Below, piece after piece: positions 54,098 to 64,000 of a stretch of 64,000 nucleotides of DNA. The notes beneath the pieces are model-generated. The model saw only the letters and a program-made list of their open reading frames with translations. It was not told the DNA's origin and searched no databases. Location: assembly GCA_047967505.1 (NCBI GenBank), contig CM106538.1; one strand, given 5' to 3'. The translations under genes and the position numbers were made by a program. Position 1 is the first letter of the stretch. The number at the start of each line of letters is the position of its first letter. Source of the stretch: Dipteris shenzhenensis. Lineage: Eukaryota.

Positions 54098-55628
54098 TCA
54101 CACACACACACACACACACACACTTGCCCTCATCCCTCTCTCTCTCCTCTCTTGATTTCTCTTGCTACCATACTTCACACACACATATATACACAAACAC
54201 CCACACTCATTCTCTTTCACACACACATACATCACATACATCACACACACATACATCACGTACATCATACACACGTACACACAAAAACATAAATGCTCTC
54301 GTCTCACTCTCTCCCTCATCCCTCTCATCACACAAGCGTTCTCTCTCTCTACATCACACACACATACATACATCACACATACACGCACTTTCTTTCTCTC
54401 TAACACATACATTCACCCAAACACACACTCATTCTCTCTTTCACACACACATACATCACACACAAACACATACATCACATACATCACACACACACATACA
54501 TCACATACATCACACGCACACACATCACCCACACACCCTCTCTACCATACATACAACACACCCACACACTCTTCCTCTCATCTCTCTACATACACACACA
54601 CTACACACTCTTCCTATCATACACACCCTACACACACACAAACATAAAAACACATTCTCTCTCATCTCTCTACATCTCACACACAACATCACACACACAC
54701 ACACACACTCTACACAAAATCTCTCTCTCTCATTATACACACATACACCCCACAAAAACACACTCACTCTTCCTCTCGCTTGTTCTCTCCACACACTCCA
54801 CTCTCAATCTCTCTCTCTCACTACGCATCATCCACATACTCTCCTCTCTCTCTTTCACACTAGACTAACAAGCAATGAAAGCACCGGTAGAGGACGTGCA
54901 AGGAGGGGACCGCGATAGACGTGTTGTGAGCAGCAAGAGGGAGACCACATTGTGGATGTGTGTGCATCGGACACGAGGATGCACGGCTGAGGTATAGGCC
55001 AGGCAGAGGAGGACGTGACTGAGGGCGATGGACTAGGTTGAGGCGGTAGCGCATCAGATGCACACGGGGCAACCAAAGGCAAGATGCACTTGCAGTAGAT
55101 GCGTTGAGGCTAGAGGACATGGGCGCACAGGCCACATAAGGGATGCAAGGCAGTGGTGTAGATAGGTAGTGGGATGTGGATGCATGAGGTAGAGGCTGCG
55201 TTGAGGACATGCACGTGGGCAAGAAGAGGATGCATAGATGCAAGAGCAGCAATAGTAGGTGCGTAGGAGTAGCAAGAAGCGTATGCATTGGATGCACTAG
55301 TGTAGGATGCGCAAGGCACAAACATGTCAGACACATGCCAAGGAAAAAAACAAATTCCTTTCTCTGTCTCTCCTCATGCTCCAGTGTCGTGGACACGTGG
55401 AGATCTTCTCTCTCTCTCCAATTTTTGTCTCCCTCCTCTCTCTAACTCTCTCTATCTCTCTCTCATCTCTTCTCGAGCTCTTCTCTCTCAACCACACACA
55501 CACACACACACACAGAGCACCCACACACACCCTCGCTCTCTTTCACGTTCACTCTCTCTCTCTCTCTCCTCTCTCTCATCCGTTGCACTGCATATTAAAA
55601 AAATATATATAATGTATATACATACACA

Positions 55629-55724
<96 letters not shown>

Positions 55725-56170
55725 AACACACACACTCGCACACACTTGGTCGACAGACACACACACACACACACAAGCTCACTCTTTCTCTTATCTCTCC
55801 TCTCTCACATATGCACATAAACACTCGCTCTGTACCATCACACACGCACAATCTCTCTCCTCTCATTACCATACAACTCACAGCACACACACACTCACAT
55901 ACACTCTCTCCTACTCAGTGGAAGTTGCAAGTCTTTACAAATCTGGAAAATTTTGGCGTATTTTTGCTTAAATACCTCTAAATTTTAGCAAAATACCTCT
56001 TATCTTTCACGGTTAAAGGTTTTCCATGCTTTGGAAATAAGATTCACTTCGAGCTCTGCCATCCACATATGCATTTCACACGCGCAAATATCGCATACAC
56101 TCACACATTGACCATTCTCTCTCTCTCTCTCTATCTATCTATCTTTTTCTCTCCCTCTCTCTCTGTGCAC
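54098..56170. repeat. Compound (CA)n/(CT)n/CACATA microsatellite region enclosing a ~550-bp GATGCA-rich core (54860-55400)
   Basis: Direct reading. Confidence 0.9.
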
Positions 56171-56189
56171 TCTTTATCTCTCTACCACT

Positions 56190-59100
56190 GGGGGCAGGTC
56201 ACCAGCACACTAGCTGAGGCGTTGAGATCATTCCACTGCTGAGAAAAGGGGATATGTACTCAATACGAGCCCCTCAAAGACCATTTGGGGATGTTTCTCA
56301 AACCAAAATTGTCAGATTGTCAATTTGGGCATATACCCCGATTGGAGCATAGAACTTCCAAAGTCATGGCTAGCCAGGAAATTCAATTCGATTGGACACT
56401 CAAATTCCAATATGTGAACAACCATGGAGCTAGAATCTACCGAGACTATCTCGGTGGATACACAGTGTGTGTAGATGACCATCCAATATATTTTGACATA
56501 GAACCTAGGGTAGATTATCTATGGCCCAGATGAAACCATGTACTTGGTAACAGATGATTTGCACGCGATAGATACCTAGGATGATTGATAGAACAGCCTA
56601 GGAATGTGAACCACAATCACATGTTGCCTATGCCTATCTATGAAGGGTGTAGGCAAGTAAACAGGTTTCCGGTCAAACGACTTTATATCGATGACCCCAC
56701 CATAGGCATGTTCTACCATGTCAATGATGGTTCACAAATATATTAGGGTGTAGAATACACCAACATGGTCACGAGCACAAATGGTGAAATCCTATACGTT
56801 TTTGTCCGATAATCTGGTGCGCAAATCACTAATATCATGTTCCTAGATGCTTATGGCCAGATTTATCAAATGATTTTGCCACAAGAAGCTAGCAAGCATA
56901 TATACATGGGGATCTCGATTATAGAACTCATGCCATTTGTAAGAAACCCCATGTCACATTCACAAGGGCCCCGACGATCGACGAACTCACAAGGCTGAGT
57001 ATGAGGACATAGTCCTAAATGGAGAGAATATGAGGGCACAAATGCCAGAAAATCACCAGATAGATACCTATAACGTAAATGCAAAGCAAGGATGTGAAAA
57101 TCTCATAGAAAATGGTGGTCATCCAGCCAACCTAGGGCCAATACGGTCACAAAACCCAAATCACATGATCCACCCAACTGGATATGTCCCACCGGTAGAT
57201 GTTGGATACACACACACATATGAAAATTCGATGCAACCATCCTAGTTGAAGAAGTGGGTCAAGAAAACATTCATTGGGAAAGAAGATCCACATGAGCACG
57301 TGATGGAGGTCAAGCGAGTGCTTAGAGCAGAAAATATTACAGATTTCCACATGCAATTTGAAGGATTTGGTTTAACTTTGGAAGGCACCACCCTTTCCTG
57401 GTTCCAAACTTTGGATCAATAAAACTTCATCGGTATAGATGCCTTGATGAACCAGCTCATAGATGAATTTTCAAAATGAGGTATCAAACACAATATATTG
57501 ATGGAGATCCATAGGTTCAAACAAAACGCATGTGAATCTATGAGAGATGCCGCAAACCAGTTGAAATAGTATATTGCTCGATGCCTAGACACTGAACGAC
57601 CGACCCAAGAGAGGTTAATATCCATATTTCTAGAGGGGTTGGTAGATAAACACCTCAAAAAGGATGTGTGCATGAAACGGTGCACCACATTAGACCAATG
57701 CATCCTTGAAGCCATAGACCTAGTCGACAATGTTGAAATATGTAAGGACATCAAGGTGGGTCCCAATGCTAGGTCTACAAGCTTCAACAAACCAAGTAAT
57801 GTGCCAATAGACCAGCCACTTGATCTTGAGGCTCTTAGTGACTTGATTCTCAAAAAGTTGAAAGATCTTTCTGGAGTTCAAGGGAGTGATCCACAAATAT
57901 GATTTCAAGATACGTATGGATATGAGCCACATTGACAAACCTATGGAATGTCATTTGATTATTATGGGAAGAAGCACCACAAGCATGATTATTACAAGCC
58001 TATAGCACACCCATACCGACCATTACTACCATCGATGCCCACACATCATAGAAATCCGATACATAACATGGGTTATGTGCCAATTAGGTGAGGAGATGAT
58101 GCTCTAGTGCCAACAATGCCATATCATAGAGAGGCTAGTACCTCATACCAGTCCACCCCCAGATGAACGAGCAGTCTAGCTCAGATTTTGATCAAAGAAG
58201 AACCCAAAACATCTAGCTCCGATGATCAGTACACAATGGATAGATGAACTTTGATGTTCATAGCCAATAGTGGGGTTAGATTGTACGATGAGCCAAAACC
58301 CAAGCCTCAGGTGCCTAACATGAAGATTTGCATCAAGTGCAATGGCAACCATGACCTCATGGATTGCCCAAAGTATTGAGGACCTACGGGTAAAGGATAT
58401 TGTGTCGAGTGTGCGATCACACACTTGTTTGCAGACTGCCCTAGAAATCTAAATCGAAAAGGCAAACAAGTCACTACTGTTGGTGTTAACACATCACCAA
58501 GCGCATCAAAGAAAGAGCCAGTGGTCCCACTATGTGATACAAGGGCTCAAGCCAAGAAAGCTATTGAGAAAAATGAAGATATGAAGGCAGAATCTTCTAG
58601 CCATGGACATAAGCCGAAAACTACTCCAATAGAGGCAAAACTGCCAATTTTTATCCCTAAAGCGCCTAGTGTTCAATTAGGGAAAGAGTACTAGTAGATA
58701 AGGTCTGTGAGCCACTCAATGCCATGTTTGAAGCCTGGGAAGCTAGACTCAAACTCACGTTGAAAGGATAAAAGAATACCCAAATCCAACCATTGAATCT
58801 AGATGGTTCTAAGTATACAAAAAGATTTTTGAAGCTATTCAAGCTTTGAAAGAGTTGATTGCTAGACTTGAGCCTAAATTGAATGGATCACAAGGGGTAT
58901 TACCCAATCCTAGCCCAGATAACGTGCTTAGGATTCATAAGGAGCCACTTGTCAACGGAGCTCCTGGTGTTGAGTTGCCCAAAGATGTAACTTTGGTTGA
59001 GACACTGCTAGCATCTATGCTAGAAAGGCCAAATGAAAGTAGAAGCACATCTGAGCAGATTGCTAATAAGGAAATAGTTGCTCCTAAGGTGACGCTCTTG

Positions 59101-59795
59101 AACGATCCGCCTAGGGTTATGCCAAGTATAACCTATGAGCCATTGGTAGTGTCATAAGTCGAAGAACTATGGCCAAACGAGCTTTGGAAAGCCATTAGAG
59201 ATGCTAAGGATGGAAGCACAACACTCGAATCTGCTCTAATCACTAAAGTGGATGCAGATAAACCAACACCCAACTTAGATCTTGGGTCTTTGTCTAGAGA
59301 CATGGGTTCAAAAAAATCTGAAGACAGCAAGCCCGAATCATTGAAAACCCTACCTTCATACTTGGGAGAATATGAAAATAGGTCTCAAATACATAGATTA
59401 CTCTCACAGTGGAAATCCGTGCCACCAGCATTGGATTCCAGAAACCTACATGATTTATTATGGACTCCAGTGAGGTGCACTATTCCTCTATTAGACCTAC
59501 TAAACGTAAAACCGAAATTGTGGAGTGACATGGCAAAAATCCTCGAGAAGATGGGAGCCAAAAATAGCACAGCTACTCTGGAAAAAGAGATTGAGGATAA
59601 AGACAATCCTAGCCATTGCTATAGCCTATTCCCATCAATAAAGTTGGAGAATATTGCAAGGAAGAAGATGGTACGACCACTCTATGTGTTGAGTACAAAG
59701 ATGTAAAAACCATGGCTATACTCGAAATGGAGCAGGCGTTGCCATCATCACGAAACAAATTAGGGAAAATAGGAAAGACCAGCAATTAGAAAGAC
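56190..59795 (+). mobile_element. Degenerate Ty3/gypsy gag-protease region (family A, copy 3)
   Basis: FLEGLVDKHLKKDVCMKRCTTLDQCILEAIDL; CIKCNGNHDLMDCP; CVECAITHLFADCP; decayed protease TMAIL..GAGVAII. Clear similarity to 12-13 kb and 42-50 kb. Confidence 0.85.
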
Positions 59796-59799
59796 ACAT

Positions 59800-61110
59800 T
59801 GCCAAATTTTCCTTCTTTTCTTTGCTAGTGATACATGTGCATAATGCATGTGTGCAAGGTGTCAAGTGCATGTGAGGTATAAAGTGGAGCCTTACATGGA
59901 CACTTGTCATGATGAGAGTATTTACATGTAGTAAAGTAAAACCCATTGGGATAAAATCTTTACCTAATTATTAGAGGTAGTGCATATGGTAGTCTAGAGT
60001 GGAACTTGGGTGCCGGGAACTATGTGCAAAGTAATATGGCCACACACCACCTTTTCAGCTAAGATGTTGGGTTTGATATTTCCAACACCCCCCCTCAAAC
60101 ACAACTCCTTTAACCTTTTCAGCTAAGGTGTTGGGTTTGATATTTCTAACACCCCCCCTCAAACACAACTCCTTTAACTCTGCTAAGTGTGCACCTGACT
60201 CACACTAAGTATAGTGTGGAACCACCTGACTCATGCTAAGTGTGACATGCATCCACCTAAGACAGGTTGAGTATGGGCTCTTACCAGAGGCTGAGTATGG
60301 CCACCACAGAGCTCCAGAGGCTGTATTTCTACTATGATATGGTGAGAGGTCATTGGATGTTACATGGTGTTATGGAACTCAAGGACTAGAGGCTCTAGTG
60401 TGGTGTTATGCATTAGATGTTGCAAGAGCGTTACGAGTGTGCAGGATTGCAAGGCATACACACCCAATTACAAAGCACATTTCCTGGAATGCTTCCTAAA
60501 AGAAAAATTTAAGGGCTTTGGAGAGCCCTTTGAGATGTGGTGCAAGCCTTCTTACTACATCTTCAATCAAATCATCCCCACTGGATGTAGAAGCCATTCT
60601 CTTGGCCTCATTTCCAAAGCTTGGTGCTGCTTGCTTGCCTTTGTGAGACAGCAACATTGATGTAGCTCCATCCTTCATCTCATATCCGTTGTTGAGGTGT
60701 TGGTCATTCTTGATAGTAGCTCTTTCCTTGGGAGCAATGCCCTCCTTAATTGCTTCTTCTTCACAATGGTTACCCAATGTTGTGAAAACTGCCAATACAT
60801 AGTGACCAGTAGAGACGAGGCTTGTTCTCCACATGCAAAGCTCCATTAGAGAATCCTTTTGAGATGTAGGTTCAACACAACATGATCCTCCTCTACCATG
60901 AGGGTTTGATCAAATGATTCACCATTTGAGAGGCATGAGCTCCTCTTCTGCTGCATATGCAGAAAAACAGCAACCTGTAAAATGATAGTTAGCTCCATAG
61001 ATGAAGTTGGTTCTCCTTGTGTATAGATCCAATAGGAAAACCCTTTGGTGAGAATGTCCATCATGTTGAGCTCCTTATGTGGTTGAAAGTACATGACCAA
61101 ATTCTGCTAG
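59800..61110 (-). mobile_element. Ty1/copia-like remnant (RNase H tail, PPT and LTR start) with a ~65-bp tandem duplication at 60050-60178
   Basis: VMYFQPHKELNMMDILTKGF resembles the copia ADxxTK motif. Minus-strand GAGGGGGGG-TGTTGG at ~60081-60096 occurs again in the duplicate. Confidence 0.5.
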
Positions 61111-61397
61111 AGTTGAGAGGCTAATTGAAACCCTAATTTGCAAGATTGAGGAAAAAACCTAAAGTCTAATTGAAAACCCTAATGGCTAATAGCTTCTAGC
61201 TAATGACGGAAACCCTAATGCTTGTAGAGTAGACGGGTAGAACAATACAAAATCCCCCCAAAGTACCAACAATGCACGGGAGAAACTAATGTGTAGCTTA
61301 TCATTAAAATGTATGATGTAGATTTGAAATGTGGAGATCCCAGGACTTCTCTAGTAATTTGCAATTTCATGTCTAACTACTTGCAATGGTCTGTTTC

Positions 61398-61425
61398 TCA
61401 CAAACACACATACACACACACACAC

Positions 61426-61461
<36 letters not shown>

Positions 61462-61518
61462 TTTTTGAAGTCTATGTGTGAATTATTGAAAAGTATCTGA
61501 TTTATATTGTCATAGGCT

Positions 61519-61581
<63 letters not shown>

Positions 61582-61622
61582 GAGAGGAGCTTTGTTTATA
61601 AGTATTTTAAATTAAGATGGTG

Positions 61623-61698
<76 letters not shown>

Positions 61699-61745
61699 CC
61701 CACACACACACACACACAAACACACACACAATGCATACACACAAT
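61398..61745. repeat. (CA)n/(CT)n microsatellites
   Basis: Direct reading. Confidence 0.95.
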
Positions 61746-63370
61746 GAATTTAAACATAGGAATAGAGAGAGCAATGACTTTCTATTTCTCACTCTACCTT
61801 TTCCTCATGGTCTTTATCATCCATACAAATAGACACCCAAGTTCTGTAGAGGTTGTGTCATAGCAAAGTAAATATAACTACATGAATTTTTAGCTTGAAA
61901 GCTATAAATATATAGAGAGGCAAGTCGCATTACTGATATACATATTTTGAAAAACTATATTTAGTAGGTACAATTTTCCATGTGCTAACTACCACGATGG
62001 CACCCATTGACCTTGCTATAAGCATTAGTATTTGATTAGGAATGCACAACTAGCACTTTTCATTACGTGAGAGGTAAAATAGTAGTGAAATTTCTATGAT
62101 ATGTACACACTATAATCTTGTTTCTTTTCTTATCTCCCAGGATGATTCATGAACCAAGGATTTTGTCTCCTAGCCATGCTAGACGTAGTAGAGTCTGTGA
62201 TGCTACATGGAGGGCTAGACGTGCAATAGCTTAAAGTAGAGCTAGACGTTCTTTGCCAACAACTTTGTATAAGGTACTTGATACTATAGAACAGCTACAA
62301 AACAATAATGTGGCACCTCCTATCCTCATAGACCTAAATGATGGAGATATTGTTATACCCATAGCATGCTTGCAAGATATTGAGAGTGAGGTACTTGTGT
62401 TGCATTAGTGTACCATTTTACAAGACGGAGAACATTCAAAAATTGAAAGAGACTGTTTGTCATGTGGATATGATTATCCATATAATCCTAGCATAAAACA
62501 TATCTCTTTGCTTCCAATTTTCAATGGAAAATGCCTATTTCACAGTTTAGGTGATTTGGAATATGTATGTTCTATTTGTGGTGCTGTAGCATGGAAGGCA
62601 AAAGGAAAATCTATTCATACCTTTAGGGGAAATCAAGATCTTCTACTGCTGCGAGGTATTTTGTGAATCAAGCACTTGCATATGTGCTAGGTAATATTTT
62701 GTATTTTATTTGTAACTCTTATATTTACTTTTAAAGTAGATTATATTTTAAAATATTCTTGCTTTTAGATCAAACTGTGTGGAGGTGGTCTGTTTCTGCT
62801 GATGAGGTGGTTGACATCATTGAAAATTTTGAGATTCTCACGTAGTACAATATTGTGAAGTACTATTAAGTTTTGAACTATATTTTCCTACCTAAATAAT
62901 AATATTGTTTTTCACGAACCATTACTACCCTTCACATCTTCTAATGGCTCTTTATGAGACATCCTATTATGGAGGGCTCATTGGTTACTATTACATTGCT
63001 CTCGATCATAACCACACTTCTGGTCGAGCCCATGTGACAGTGAGACAAATAGGTCGTGACAGAACATTAAATGTGGAATTCTCATGCGGTTTTCTGTATG
63101 ATGCTTGGATGTTGCAGATATATAGTACGGAGGGCCCCTCGTCGCATTGGGAAGAGCATGCGTTGGATTGGACCTTGGGTAGTCAGGGTCATCTATAGTC
63201 TATCGTCGCCTTCATTTTAGGCTCTAGACTTTCTTGATTTGTAGTTGGGCAGCATCTTTTTGTTTTGGTGTATATTTGATTTGTTTTATGGGACTCTCTG
63301 TTTAAGATGTTTAGTTTGATTGTGCTTTGACTTTGCCTCTATATATACATACATACATACATATATGTTT

Positions 63371-63720
63371 TCAGATTGTCAAATACATGCTCTTCAATAT
63401 ATGTGGATCTTCATTCCCACTGGACATCTTTTTGACCCACTTTTTCAATTGAGATGGTCGCATTGGATTTTCATATGAGCATGTGTATCTGTCATCCACT
63501 GGTGGGACATATCCAGCTAGGTGGATCATATGATTTGGGTTATCTGGTCGTATTGGCCCTAGTTTGGTTGGATGACCACAACTTTCCACGAGGTTTTCAC
63601 ATCTTGGTTTTGCATTTAGGTTATGGGCATCTATTGTGTGATTTTTTGGCATCTATGCCCTCATATTCTCTTCGATTAGGCCTCTGTCAGAGTGCAATGG
63701 AATCTTGTGAACTATTGTCA
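63371..63720 (-). mobile_element. Short gag fragment (family A, copy 4) bounded by (TA)/(TACA) repeats
   Basis: CENLVESCGHPTKLGPIRPDNPNHMIHLAGYVPPVD closely matches the 57030-57245 translation. Confidence 0.85.
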
Positions 63721-63760
63721 ACATATATATATATACATATATACATACATACATATAAAT

Positions 63761-63796
<36 letters not shown>

Positions 63797-64000
63797 GATA
63801 AATACTTCATCCCGGCCATGGAGCATTTGCCACCACAGGCAAACCTCTTGCATCCTATCTAGTGCGTTCATCGAAGAGAGTCAACAGAGCGTAATAAAAA
63901 ACCTCAAGAGCAAAGGTTTTCGGAGATTCACGATGGGGACAACAACAAATGTTTTGACATGCACATGTTCAATGAGGAGATCGATGAGATGATTGAAACA

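Noticed and set aside
54088-55890. His/Thr- and Cys/Val-rich ORFs
   Set aside because: Translations of CA/CT microsatellites.
62140-62660. Possible Helitron N-terminal zinc finger (HSLGDLEYVCSICGAVAW)
   Set aside because: Only one short motif, with no Rep or helicase sequence nearby.

Overview
Repeat-rich, eukaryotic plant nuclear DNA. The 5.8S signature GCGATACGTAGT / GGCTCTTGCAACGATG suggests a non-seed plant such as a fern or lycophyte (inference). No clearly intact host gene is present. The window is a mosaic of microsatellites, nested Ty3/gypsy and Ty1/copia remnants, a decayed 18S-ITS1-5.8S-ITS2-28S rDNA fragment, a PP2-domain pseudogene and several spliced DNA-transposon-type genes. 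The standout is a 10-exon gene at 3312-7115 (about 956 aa when reconstructed) that fuses an N-terminal ParB/Srx-like domain to a C-terminal prokaryote-type beta-class (N4-C/N6-A) DNA methyltransferase-like domain. Three regularly spaced ~34-bp palindromes lie upstream of it. Also notable are a Transib/RAG1-like transposase lying head-to-head with a spliced BAH-like gene (38.6-41.4 kb) and an intron-containing Sola-like transposase preceded by a palindrome array (15.7-19.0 kb). All family assignments are by-eye motif recognition; no searches were run.
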